From an uncultured Rhodospirillaceae bacterium (GTDB taxonomy: Bacteria; Pseudomonadota; Alphaproteobacteria; Rhodospirillales; UBA2165), in contig CAZSXT010000015.1 in NCBI GenBank assembly GCA_964611435.1, forward strand, positions 2,116 to 66,115: 64,000 bases of DNA. Direction: 5' to 3'. The notes below the pieces were generated by a model, which saw nothing but the letters and a program-made list of their open reading frames with translations, had not been told where the DNA came from and made no database searches. Shown here piece after piece: positions 49,088-58,428 of this stretch. Numbering within the stretch: position 1 is the stretch's first letter; each line of letters begins with the position of its first letter. The translations under genes and the position numbers were made by a program.

Positions 49088-49537
49088 ATGGAGAAGAAGA
49101 TGGCGAAAATTCCTGCCAAGCTGCACGACTATATTAACGATGCCTTTCCCCAAAATGTGATTCTGGTCGGCACCGCCTTGGATGACGGCTTTGCCCAGAT
49201 CAGTCCCCGTGGCAGCGTGATTGTCTATGATGACGAAACCCTGGGCTTTTGGGATCGTGGCCGCGGCAGAACACACGATGCCGTTAAGGACGGCACTAAG
49301 GTGACGTTTTACTATCGCAACACGGCTCTTCGCGATGAAGGCGTTTTGCCCAAGGGCGGTATCGCCCGGTTCTATGGCACGGCCAAGCTGCATATGGATG
49401 ACGAGGTCTCTGAACACATCTATAACACCATGAAAGAGGCCGAGCGGGAACGGGATGCCGAGAAAAAGGGCTCCGGTGTTCTGGTGAAAATCGAACGCGC
49501 CGAAGATCTCAGCGGCGCGCCGCTGGATCTGGACTAA
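49088..49537 (+). CDS. Pyridoxamine 5'-phosphate oxidase-like (split barrel) protein
   Basis: LVGTA..DG..QISPRGS, RFYGTA. Start may be ATG 49100. Confidence 0.75.
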   Translation: MEKKMAKIPAKLHDYINDAFPQNVILVGTALDDGFAQISPRGSVIVYDDETLGFWDRGRGRTHDAVKDGTKVTFYYRNTALRDEGVLPKGGIARFYGTAKLHMDDEVSEHIYNTMKEAERERDAEKKGSGVLVKIERAEDLSGAPLDLD

Positions 49538-49577
49538 GGTTTAGCAGGATCGGCTAACAGAAACGGATGGCGGACGA

Positions 49578-50339
49578 ATGACCAAGGGGCTCAACTATAT
49601 TGCAGGGGCGGCCTTGCTGGCTGTTTTTGCCATTACCACGCCCGGCACCGTTGAGGCGTCAAACGGTCTTTATGACATGTCACGGCTGTTGAATGAGCCG
49701 CATCCGTTTGCCAATGCGCCAGCCGCACCGCGCCCGGCCGAACCCGCGCCCGTGGTTTCACGCCCAGCACCTATGCCCACACCCGCTGTCCGTCCGGTGC
49801 AGCCTCAACGGTCCCAAGAGGGCCGGGAAACCATCGTTCGCCAATCAGAACCCGTGAACTATCACAAGCCGGGCGGTATTTTCTCCGAAATCCGGGTTGG
49901 GGCTATGGTCCATGATGAAGGGCCTTTTAGCCGCAATAAGGAAAGCGGATTCGACAGTAATATTGAACTGCTGTTCACGTCGCCGGATTTCCTGGATGTG
50001 ATCTGGTCACCCCGTCCCCATATCGGCGGCACGTACAACTCTGACGGCAATACCCACCAAGCATATCTCGGCCTGACCTGGGAATGGGATTTCTTCACTC
50101 ACTTCTTTTTCGACTTTTCACTGGGCGGCGCTTATCACACCGGTGAAAAGGTCACCAGCGATCCAAAAAAGAAGTCCCTCGGTTGCAGCGTTCTGTTCCG
50201 GGAATCCCTCAATCTTGGCTACCGGATCAACGAGGCGCATTCACTGATGTTCCACTTCGATCACATCTCGAACGCCAAACTGTGCACAACCAACGAAGGG
50301 TTGGAAACGTTCGGTCTTCGTTACGGATATCGCTTCTAA
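49578..50339 (+). CDS. Acyloxyacyl hydrolase / PagL-like lipid A 3-O-deacylase
   Basis: Signal peptide, Pro-rich linker, RPHIGG, YLGLTW, LGCSVLFRE, DHISNA, C-terminal GYRF beta-signal. Confidence 0.82.
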   Translation: MTKGLNYIAGAALLAVFAITTPGTVEASNGLYDMSRLLNEPHPFANAPAAPRPAEPAPVVSRPAPMPTPAVRPVQPQRSQEGRETIVRQSEPVNYHKPGGIFSEIRVGAMVHDEGPFSRNKESGFDSNIELLFTSPDFLDVIWSPRPHIGGTYNSDGNTHQAYLGLTWEWDFFTHFFFDFSLGGAYHTGEKVTSDPKKKSLGCSVLFRESLNLGYRINEAHSLMFHFDHISNAKLCTTNEGLETFGLRYGYRF

Positions 50340-50342
50340 GCC

Positions 50343-51695
50343 CTAGACGCTTTCATTTATCGCGGCGCGTTCCACGCGGGGGTAAAATATTCCCAGCGTC
50401 AACGCGCGCGACGTCATGAATAGGATGAACGCCAGCCAGACTCCGTGATAGCCGAGGACCGGCTTGAGGATGAGAGTCAGAGCGGCAAACAAAACCAGCG
50501 AGATGATCATGCCGTTGCGCATCTCCCGGCTGAAGGTCGCGCCGATAAAAACCCCGTCCAACATAAACGACCACACCGAGATAATGGGCGACAGAATGAT
50601 CCACGGCAGGTACTGCCCGGCGATGTTCTGCACGTCTTCCATGCCGGTCAGGACGGCGATGATGAGATCGCCCAGGATTGCATAGATCAGTGCATAGCCG
50701 GCGGCGATCAGCACCGCCCAAAGGCTGGCGATCTTCACCGCATTTCTCAGCGCATCCCTTTTTTTCGCGCCTATGGCGCCCCCGACCAGCGCCTCCGCCG
50801 CATGGGCAAACCCATCAAGCCCGAATGCCAGAAAACCCTGAAATTGGATCAGGACAAGATGCGCCGCCGTTGTCGCGTCGCCGAAACCAGACGCTTGCGA
50901 GGTGAAGAAGGCAAAGGCGGAGAGGAGGCAGATGGTGCGAATGAAAATATCGAAGTTGATCGACAGCATTCGCTTGATTTTCGCCGGCTGCCACAGGGCC
51001 GCCGCCTGTCCGCCGGGGTCGAATTTGGCAACTTCACGCCGGTAGAGCCAGATTGCCGCCAAGGTTGCGGTGACCTCGGCAATCACCGTGGCGGCGGCGA
51101 CGCCAGCCACACCCCATTCCAGGCCAAGTACAAAATAGAGATCGAGGACTATATTCAGCCCGTTCATCAGTACTTGGAGGATCAGTACCGCGCGGGTGTT
51201 TTGCATACCGATGAACCAGCCCATCAGGCAGTAGTTGATCAATACGACGGGTGCACTCCATATCCGGATTTGGAAGTAGTCGGTCGCAAGGTCTTTGGCT
51301 TCGCTCGACCCGTCAAACAGGGACAGCGACAGGGTAATGATCGGGAACTGCAGTAGCCATAACAGCACCCCGACGCTGCACGCGATCGCGAGAGAACGAA
51401 GAACTAGGGCGCGGACTTCCGGCGCGTCGTTTGCGCCGCGAGCCTGCGCAGCAAATCCGGTCACCCCCATGCGGAGGAAACCGAACGCCCAAAACAGAAA
51501 ATGAATGATGGTGGAGCCGATGGCGACAGCACTCAGATTGTAGACGTGGTCGGAATGCCCGATGACAGCCGTGTCTACCGCGCCTAAAAGGGGAATCGAC
51601 AAATTCGCCAGGATGATCGGACCGGCCAGCCGCCATACATCGCGGTGCCCGGCGCGCGGGTCGTTTCCGCCGAATTGAGATATCTGGTCTGCCAC
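50343..51695 (-). CDS. dinF: MATE family efflux transporter (DinF-like)
   Basis: LAGPIILANLSIPLLGAVDTAVIGH, FGFLRMG, NIVLD, IFIRT, LDGFA, DGVFIG. Start codon uncertain. Confidence 0.9.
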   Translation of the reverse strand: MADQISQFGGNDPRAGHRDVWRLAGPIILANLSIPLLGAVDTAVIGHSDHVYNLSAVAIGSTIIHFLFWAFGFLRMGVTGFAAQARGANDAPEVRALVLRSLAIACSVGVLLWLLQFPIITLSLSLFDGSSEAKDLATDYFQIRIWSAPVVLINYCLMGWFIGMQNTRAVLILQVLMNGLNIVLDLYFVLGLEWGVAGVAAATVIAEVTATLAAIWLYRREVAKFDPGGQAAALWQPAKIKRMLSINFDIFIRTICLLSAFAFFTSQASGFGDATTAAHLVLIQFQGFLAFGLDGFAHAAEALVGGAIGAKKRDALRNAVKIASLWAVLIAAGYALIYAILGDLIIAVLTGMEDVQNIAGQYLPWIILSPIISVWSFMLDGVFIGATFSREMRNGMIISLVLFAALTLILKPVLGYHGVWLAFILFMTSRALTLGIFYPRVERAAINESV

Positions 51696-51770
51696 GGTAT
51701 TCTCCGGTCGCGAGGCGCGCAAAATAGCTGAAATACGGCTTGTGTCGAGGGCTATGCATTGTGGCGCGGT

Positions 51771-51799
51771 CTCGAAAATTCAGATTGATTTGCCTATAT
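51771..51799 (+). promoter_or_regulatory. Putative RpoH-type promoter of the 2OG oxygenase
   Basis: CTCGAA-N16-CCTATAT, compared with the alphaproteobacterial RpoH consensus CTTGAA-N15/16-CCTATAT. Confidence 0.4.
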
Positions 51800-51844
51800 T
51801 AGGCGTTATCTAACCGGCGACGTTAAAAGCAGGATGAGCAATCA

Positions 51845-52861
51845 ATGAATAAGATCGACAGCGGCAGCAACGCCTATACCGAAATCCCGACCCTCGACCT
51901 GGGACCGTATTTGGCGGGGGAAGCGGGGGCGTTAAAGGAATTGGGCGAAAAAGTCCGCCATATTCAAGAGAACCTGGGTTTTTGGGCGGTGATCAATCAC
52001 GGTGTTTCGTGGGATAAGCTGGCCCGAGTTTACGAGCAACTCAATCGGTTCTTCGATCTGCCGATCGAACAGAAGATGAAATACAAGATCAATCATCTTT
52101 CGGTCGGGTATGTGCCCGCCAAAAGCACCAAGTACATCACCTCGATCATCAACGAGAACACCAAGAAAGACCTGAACGAAACACTAATTACCGCGCTGGA
52201 CCGGCCGGATGACCATCCGCTGATCCAGGCCGGCACCCGCTTTGTCGGCCCCAACCAGTGGCCGGAAGAAGTGGCGGAACTTCGTGACGCCATCGTCGAT
52301 TATCAGCAGGATATTGTGGCGCTTGGCCGAAAGCTGCTGCCGATTTTCGCTGTGGCGCTGGAACTGGCGCCCGATTATTTTGACAAATATTTCAAAGACC
52401 CGGTGATGTGGTCCCGCAATGCACATTATCCGGCGGTAGAGCCGGAGGAGAACCAATACGGCATTGCGCCGCACAGTGATCACAGCTTCCTCACCATGTT
52501 GCCGACCACCGAAGTGCCGGGGCTGCAAATTCTAACCCCGGATAAAAAGTGGATCGACGCCAAGTACATCCACGAAGGCATCCTGGTGAATACCGGCGAA
52601 TTCCTGAACCGCTGGTCCAATGGTCGTTTTATCCCGACCCCGCACCGTGTGGTGCCGCCGGAAACCGACCGGCTGTCCATCGCCACCTTCTTTAATCCGA
52701 GCCCGGACACCATGTCCAATGCCTTGGAAAGCTGCGTCAGCGAGGCCAACCCGGCCCAATACGAGCCCATGAGCCTGATGGATTACGTCTGCTGGTACAT
52801 CGACACGAACTATCAACGCGACGCCGGCGGCACTCAAGAGGTCGAGCAAGAGGCGGGGTAG
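51845..52861 (+). CDS. 2-oxoglutarate/Fe(II) oxygenase, isopenicillin N synthase family
   Basis: IPTLDL, GF...NHGV, NQWP, HSD, PGLQI, VNTGE, HRV, RLS. Confidence 0.92.
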   Translation: MNKIDSGSNAYTEIPTLDLGPYLAGEAGALKELGEKVRHIQENLGFWAVINHGVSWDKLARVYEQLNRFFDLPIEQKMKYKINHLSVGYVPAKSTKYITSIINENTKKDLNETLITALDRPDDHPLIQAGTRFVGPNQWPEEVAELRDAIVDYQQDIVALGRKLLPIFAVALELAPDYFDKYFKDPVMWSRNAHYPAVEPEENQYGIAPHSDHSFLTMLPTTEVPGLQILTPDKKWIDAKYIHEGILVNTGEFLNRWSNGRFIPTPHRVVPPETDRLSIATFFNPSPDTMSNALESCVSEANPAQYEPMSLMDYVCWYIDTNYQRDAGGTQEVEQEAG

Positions 52862-52887
52862 GGGGGCTTTCTTCACCCCTCTCCATT

Positions 52888-53147
52888 CGTCACCCCCGAA
52901 TTGCGCAGCAATTCTCGGGGACCCATCCAGCGCATCAACTTACACCTCCGATACCCATGGTCCCCCGAGACTTGGTCCCTATTGCCATTGGTCCCAACTC
53001 GGGGGCGACGCGATAAGGAGGCGGGGGATTAAATTCACCACGAAGGTCACAAAGGACACGAAGACTGCGGAATACCAGGGTCCTTCGTGGTTAAACTATA
53101 TGTATGGGTACGCGGATCAGGCTCTTTCGTTGCCGTCCGCGCATGAC
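52888..53147. repeat. Mosaic of REP-like palindromes between convergent genes
   Basis: Inverted pair CGTCACCCCCGA...TCGGGGACCCAT (52888-52926) and ATGGTCCCCCGAG...CTCGGGGGCGACG (52957-53010); CACCACGAAGG..CCTTCGTGG hairpin; reverse GTCATGCGCGGAC..TCCGCGTACCCAT (53104-53147). Confidence 0.7.
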
Positions 53148-53776
53148 TAATAAATTTTGCTGCCCAGCCCCTCGATCACCGCGCGCGCCTCTGCCGGGCC
53201 GCGCACATGATGCGCCTGCCAGCCGGCGTTGCGGGCGGCGGCGGCGTTTTCCGCCCTGTCATCAAAGAACATGATCTTTTCGGGCGGCAGGTCCAAAGCC
53301 TCTTGCGTCTTGGCGTAGATCTCTGGACCCGGCTTCATCACGCCAAGCTCGAACGACAGATACGCATGGTCGCCGAACAGGTTGCGGATGGTCTCGGCCT
53401 CCGTCTGCTCCCACCAGTGACACTCGTTGGTGTTGCTGAGGCAGCCGACGGTGACATGGCTGGAGAGCTCTTGGGCCAAGCCAGCCGCGCCGTCAAATAT
53501 GCCGTTGGGCCAACGGCGAAACAGATCAACGAAGTCTTGGGGACCGACTTCCAGACCAAAGTCTTCGATCATACCTGCAGCGAAGGTGAGCCGGTCACAG
53601 CGTCCGCTTTCATACTCTTTCACCCATTGGGAAGCGTCCCAGCGAGCCGGAGCGGGGTCGCCGCTGGCCATACCTAACATCCGGTGAAAATAATCGCCGG
53701 GCTGAAACTGGATGACCACGCCACCCAGGTCGAACAGGACGGCTTCAACGCCGGATCTCTTGAGTAGTGTCTCCAT
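53147..53776 (-). CDS. HAD-superfamily phosphatase
   Basis: LFDLGGV, LSNTN..H, KP.PEIY, FFDD..EN..AA. Confidence 0.9.
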   Translation of the reverse strand: METLLKRSGVEAVLFDLGGVVIQFQPGDYFHRMLGMASGDPAPARWDASQWVKEYESGRCDRLTFAAGMIEDFGLEVGPQDFVDLFRRWPNGIFDGAAGLAQELSSHVTVGCLSNTNECHWWEQTEAETIRNLFGDHAYLSFELGVMKPGPEIYAKTQEALDLPPEKIMFFDDRAENAAAARNAGWQAHHVRGPAEARAVIEGLGSKIY

Positions 53777-53831
53777 GCGCCGCCAATATCAGGCGAGCCG
53801 GGGTAGGTCAAAGGAAGTGGTTTCCCACCGC

Positions 53832-54089
53832 CTAAAAAATGCCTGGGGAGCGCAACGCGGCCGTACGGCAGCCGCAAGTTGTTGAGCCTAAGGAGCTGGG
53901 TTTATAGGTATTGCCGCAGCTCATGCAGGTCTTGCGCCGGTCCCCATCCCGGCGGTCACTCTCTTCCATGCGACGGCCTTTTACTTGGCGATTTTTCTCT
54001 TCCCGCCGGTCTTTACCGCTGCGCCTTTCCTGACCGCTGCGGCGTTCTTCGGGAAATCTTCGTTCCACAAAGCTCATGAGGGGCTCCAT
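53832..54089 (-). CDS. Small protein with (E/D)RR repeats and a C-terminal Cys cluster
   Basis: ERR..ERRSGQERRSGKDRR..GRR..DRRDGDRR, then CMSC...CGC. Start uncertain (54089 or 54077). Confidence 0.6.
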   Translation of the reverse strand: MEPLMSFVERRFPEERRSGQERRSGKDRREEKNRQVKGRRMEESDRRDGDRRKTCMSCGNTYKPSSLGSTTCGCRTAALRSPGIF

Positions 54090-54162
54090 TTTTTCGTTGT
54101 CCAATTCGCTCCAACGCACACCAGCAAATCGGTACGAAAGTTATATACGTATATACCCCTAA

Positions 54163-54183
54163 AGTGATGTGATTCACATCACA
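54163..54183. promoter_or_regulatory. Overlapping CRP-family binding sites in a 19-bp palindrome
   Basis: Perfect TGTGA-N6-TCACA at 54168-54183 and AGTGA-N6-TCACA at 54163-54178. Minus-strand TATAAC at 54140-54145. Confidence 0.6.
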
Positions 54184-54188
54184 AAAAT

Positions 54189-55019
54189 TCATATAGAGTT
54201 GAAATAGGCAACCATCCGGGCGCGTTCTGCGCGATCCGGCAAGTGTCCCTGGCCCGCTTTCAGGTTATCTTCCACGTGGGCCGGATTGCCGGTGGCGGGG
54301 ATCAAACAGGTCACGGCCTCAAAAGACAGCAAGTATTTTAGGAAATACTGCGCCCAACTGGTGATCCCCATGTCACCGGCCCATTCGGGAAGTGGCGCCC
54401 GGCGGACATCGGCGAACAGCCCGTCTTGTTCGAACGGCCGGTTGATGAGGGTCGCCACACCGTGATCGGCGCACAGCTCGAGGAAATACTCCTCCGCCGC
54501 CCGCCGGTCGATGGAATAGGGGAACTGGCAAAAATCGATCTCCGGTTCTTGCTTGATATATCGGCCCATTTCACCAAACGCGCTCTCTGTGTAATGGGTG
54601 ATGCCGATGTATTTAATCTTGCCGGCGGATTTCCACTCTTTCAGAGTTTCAAGATGGGTGTCTGTATCCACCATATTGTGGATTTGCATAAGCTCCAGAC
54701 GCCCGTCGCAGCCCATCTTACCCATAGAGGCGTCCATCTCGTCGATGCCCTTCTGCCGGCCGCTGGTCCAGACTTTGGTGGCCATAAAAGCGTTTTCGTC
54801 GCCGGGCACGCCTTGGCGGACTTCGCCGATGACGGCTTCCGATTTGCCGTACATGGGAGAAGAATCAATCAAACGTCCGCCACCGGCATAAAAAAGCCGC
54901 AAGACTTCTTGTAGATCCTTTTTCTTGAACGGGTTGATGGAGACGTTGAACGACCGGTAGGTGCCGAGCCCGATCACGGGCAAGGGCTCTCCGGTGGAGG
55001 GAATGGGGCGTGTCAGCAT
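54189..55019 (-). CDS. Aldo/keto reductase
   Basis: IGLGTY, IDSSPMYG, ATKVW, QIHN, GKIKYIGIT, IPAT.N..H..DN. Confidence 0.92.
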   Translation of the reverse strand: MLTRPIPSTGEPLPVIGLGTYRSFNVSINPFKKKDLQEVLRLFYAGGGRLIDSSPMYGKSEAVIGEVRQGVPGDENAFMATKVWTSGRQKGIDEMDASMGKMGCDGRLELMQIHNMVDTDTHLETLKEWKSAGKIKYIGITHYTESAFGEMGRYIKQEPEIDFCQFPYSIDRRAAEEYFLELCADHGVATLINRPFEQDGLFADVRRAPLPEWAGDMGITSWAQYFLKYLLSFEAVTCLIPATGNPAHVEDNLKAGQGHLPDRAERARMVAYFNSI

Positions 55020-55148
55020 GCCGCCACGTTAGCTGCCCGCCGGAACCGCGGCAAACAATTCATGGCCACGGCAGGGCCCGCTGGCTACTCTGCCATTCTT
55101 CTTTGGCCGTTCTTGAAATGTTAATCAGATTGTCCGCATTTTCCGACC

Positions 55149-57230
55149 ATGATTGATCTTTGGCTCAACCGGTTAAAGCGTGCGACGCGGCGGTCGCCTG
55201 GGGAACTGCTGCGCCGGTTTGGGCACGAGCGGCGCGCCCTGACGGACCGGCTTCGTGGTGCGCCCTCAGCACAGCTGGGCCCGAGAGGCTTGGCCGTGAC
55301 GTTTGATGCTACCGGTATTGACGAATTGTGGCAGCGGATCGCCATGGGGTCTCACCCTGTCTTTCATGACAGCCTGCCCGCGGCAGAGCTCGACAAGATT
55401 ATACCGGGTGAAAGTGCTCGCATTCTCGACGCTGCCGAGCAGGCGATGCGGGGGCAGGTGGATTTGCTGGGCTCGGGCCCCAGGGCGCTCGGCGACAGAA
55501 TCGACTGGTACACGGACTTCAAAAATGATGTGACCTGGCCGCCGGCGTTCTTCCGCGACATCGATATTCTAAAACCGGGGACGGTGTGCGATGTGAAGGT
55601 TCCTTGGGACCTGTCCCGGCTGCAATGGGCCATTCCAGTGGCCCAAGCCTACCAACTGACCGGCGATGACACGTATGCAGTGTTCGTCCGGGACCTGATT
55701 GGTGACTGGATCACCGCCAACCCTTACGCCCGAAGCGTCAATTGGGCTGTGGCCATGGAAGCGGCCATGCGGGTCTTTACCTGGACCTGGTTTTTTCATG
55801 TATTCAAGGGGTCTACAGCTTGGCGGGATGAACAGTTCCAAACTCAATTCCTATGTGGTCTCTACGATCACGCCGTATTCTGCGAACGCTACCTCGAAGA
55901 TTTTGGAATTAATGGCAACCACTTGACAGCCGATGCCGCCGCGCTCGTTTTCGCAGGCGAGTTTTTTGAGAAAGGTGACCGCGCGATCCTTTGGGAGCAG
56001 CGGGGCTGGCGCATTCTGGTGCAGGAAAATTTCCGGCAGGTGCATCCCGACGGCGTCGACTTCGAGGGCTCGGCCAGCTATCACCGTATGGTGGCGGAAC
56101 TCTTCCTATGGCCGGCGCTGTATCGCCGGGTCAATGGCAAGGGGGCACCGGAAACCTATCTTCAGCGGGTCCGGCTGATGGGGGAATTTGCCAGGGCCTA
56201 TACCAGAGACAACGGTCTGTCGCCGCTCTGGGGTGATGCGGATGACGGACGGGCCTATATTTTCGGCGTGCAGCCGTTTGCTGATCATAGCTATCTGCCG
56301 TTACTCGTCTCCAAGTCCCTCGGCGGGTCCTCCTCCTCCTCCTCCTCCGTATCGACGACGGCGCGGGTGGAACTGATCTGGGGGCTTGGGCCGGAAAGGG
56401 CCGGAGCCGCGCTGGATGCGGGGCCTCACCAACCGTTTACGACCGCTTTCCCGGCGGGCGGTGTCTACGTTATGCGGGGCGAGGGCGACTGGGTTTTCAT
56501 TGATTGCGGACCGGTCGGTTATGGCGGGCGCGGTGGACACGGTCACAATGATTGCCTGTCGTTCGAAGCGGCCCTGAACGGCGTGGACCTGATCACCGAC
56601 AGCGGCTCTTTTGTCTATTCGGAATCGCGAGAGTGGCGCAACCTGTTCCGCAGCACCGCGTCTCATAGCACGCCGATGATCGATGGCGCGGAGCAAAACC
56701 GTTTCGTCTCGGAAGATGAGTTGTTTGCCCTGCACGACGACGCGGCGCCGCTGGTGAATCAATGGCGGACGGGCGACGGCTTGGATGTCTTCACCGGATC
56801 GCACACGGGCTACCAGCGTCTCGGCAGGCCGGTCACACCTGTTCGAACCCTTGCACTGGATAAACAGACACATGGGCTGTTGATCGCCGACCGGTTCGAT
56901 GGAGAGGGAAGTCATGATGTCTTTGTTCCTTACCACTTTGCGCCGGGTTTCGTTGCAAGTCCGGCCAAAGATCAGCAGTGGCGCGTGGCGTCATCCGACG
57001 CGGTATTCCTGCTCTATATTGTCGAGGCCGGAGATTGGACGGCCGATGTCGGAGAGGGATGGGTCTCCGCCAGCTATGGCGTTAAACAGGCTCGCCAGAA
57101 GCTGATGTTTGATCGCCAGGGGGAGTTGAAGCCGTTGACCATTGCCATATGGCCGGAAGCGCATGCGCCGGCCGACAAAGAAGCTTGGATCAGGGAAATG
57201 ATGGCGAAAAGCGCCGAGGACCAGAATTAA
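55149..57230 (+). CDS. Heparinase II/III family protein
   Basis: KVPWDLSRLQW, W...NP, NHL, DG..FEGSASYH, GD.DDG, GHGHND.LSF, DSG..VY, FRSTASHST. Confidence 0.88.
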   Translation: MIDLWLNRLKRATRRSPGELLRRFGHERRALTDRLRGAPSAQLGPRGLAVTFDATGIDELWQRIAMGSHPVFHDSLPAAELDKIIPGESARILDAAEQAMRGQVDLLGSGPRALGDRIDWYTDFKNDVTWPPAFFRDIDILKPGTVCDVKVPWDLSRLQWAIPVAQAYQLTGDDTYAVFVRDLIGDWITANPYARSVNWAVAMEAAMRVFTWTWFFHVFKGSTAWRDEQFQTQFLCGLYDHAVFCERYLEDFGINGNHLTADAAALVFAGEFFEKGDRAILWEQRGWRILVQENFRQVHPDGVDFEGSASYHRMVAELFLWPALYRRVNGKGAPETYLQRVRLMGEFARAYTRDNGLSPLWGDADDGRAYIFGVQPFADHSYLPLLVSKSLGGSSSSSSSVSTTARVELIWGLGPERAGAALDAGPHQPFTTAFPAGGVYVMRGEGDWVFIDCGPVGYGGRGGHGHNDCLSFEAALNGVDLITDSGSFVYSESREWRNLFRSTASHSTPMIDGAEQNRFVSEDELFALHDDAAPLVNQWRTGDGLDVFTGSHTGYQRLGRPVTPVRTLALDKQTHGLLIADRFDGEGSHDVFVPYHFAPGFVASPAKDQQWRVASSDAVFLLYIVEAGDWTADVGEGWVSASYGVKQARQKLMFDRQGELKPLTIAIWPEAHAPADKEAWIREMMAKSAEDQN
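56328..56348 (+). repeat. (TCC)7 in-frame microsatellite encoding poly-Ser
   Basis: tcc repeated 7 times inside the heparinase-family CDS. Confidence 0.85.
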
Positions 57231-57949
57231 GCACCTTCGACGGTCGTGGCGAAGACATACCCCGCCCCGCGGACGGTTTTGATGAATTCCGGCTTCTTGG
57301 GGTTTTCTTCAATTTTACCCCGAAGGCGACCAACCAGTACGTCTATGCTGCGATCATAGGGGTCCCAACTCCTGTTTTGCAGAAGCTCCAGCAGCTTATC
57401 CCGGTCCAGAACCTGGTTCGGGTGATTGGTGAAGGCATTCAGGAGGTTAAATTCCATAGTGGTCAGCGGCACTTCACCGCCGCCGGGTGCTGTCAGCTTT
57501 CGGCTGATCTTGTCAAAGTTCCATCCGGCAAACGTAATAGCGTCCGAGCCTTTGGCCGGCATAACCCCGCTGCCGGCGTCCTTGGACCGGCGCAAAACCG
57601 TTTTGACCCGGGCCAGCAGCTCGCGCGAGCTGAACGGCTTGGCCACATAGTCATCCGCGCCCATCTCCAAACCGATGATGCGATCCACTTCTTCGTCCTT
57701 GCCGGTCAGGATAATCACCGCGACGTTGGAGGTTTCCCGAAGATAACGGGTCAGGGTGAGCCCATCTTCGCCGGGCATGACCAAATCGAGGATGACAAGA
57801 TCGATTTCGTGGGAGGCCATCACGTCCCGCATGCCGGCGCCGTCATTGGCTATCTGCACGTCATAGCCGTGCGCCTGTAAGTAGTCGCTGAGAAACTCGC
57901 AAATTTGCTTCTCATCATCGACGATCAGGATGTTGGATCGATTTTCCAT
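57227..57949 (-). CDS. OmpR family response regulator (no adjacent kinase)
   Basis: IVDDE, ILDLVMPGEDG, GADDYVAKPF, winged helix DRSIDV..GRLR.KIE, TVRGAGY. Confidence 0.93.
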   Translation of the reverse strand: MENRSNILIVDDEKQICEFLSDYLQAHGYDVQIANDGAGMRDVMASHEIDLVILDLVMPGEDGLTLTRYLRETSNVAVIILTGKDEEVDRIIGLEMGADDYVAKPFSSRELLARVKTVLRRSKDAGSGVMPAKGSDAITFAGWNFDKISRKLTAPGGGEVPLTTMEFNLLNAFTNHPNQVLDRDKLLELLQNRSWDPYDRSIDVLVGRLRGKIEENPKKPEFIKTVRGAGYVFATTVEGA

Positions 57950-58137
57950 TGACGTTTCGGATCTAAACTACGGGGCCGATTAATTTTTTTATTTATCAGT
58001 AGGTTATATGATTAAAATAGTACTTACGAAAGAGGATGATCAATTTCCCACTGTATCTACTTGAAAACACATAATTAAGTGGGGCTCTAGTCCTATATTT
58101 CAAGTGTGGATATTACGGAGGCGCGAGAGATCGAGGG

Positions 58138-58428
58138 TCAAAAATCTTCCAAGGGCTCGCCCGACAGCAGAACCCATGCCCGCTTCGGCGCTTCTGGGTT
58201 GATGTCCTGCGCCTCGCAGAACTGAACCAGCTCTTCCTCGCGGCTTAAAAGATACTCCAATACCCCCGCCAAATAGCCGGGGTCGGCCAAGTTCTCTTTT
58301 ACATCTTGGGGGTCGGCGCCGGTAAGGCCGACAAAGCCGTTCATCAGGCTTTCGTCGGCGAAAATAAATGCGGCTGCTTGTAGGGCAAGAGTTTCCGCCG
58401 CTTCGCGCCTGGGGTCAGTTGCCGTCAT
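58138..58428 (-). CDS. DUF3572 family protein
   Basis: AETLALQA..FI, F..LTG, DPGYLAGVLEYL...E..L..FC. Confidence 0.85.
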   Translation of the reverse strand: MTATDPRREAAETLALQAAAFIFADESLMNGFVGLTGADPQDVKENLADPGYLAGVLEYLLSREEELVQFCEAQDINPEAPKRAWVLLSGEPLEDF

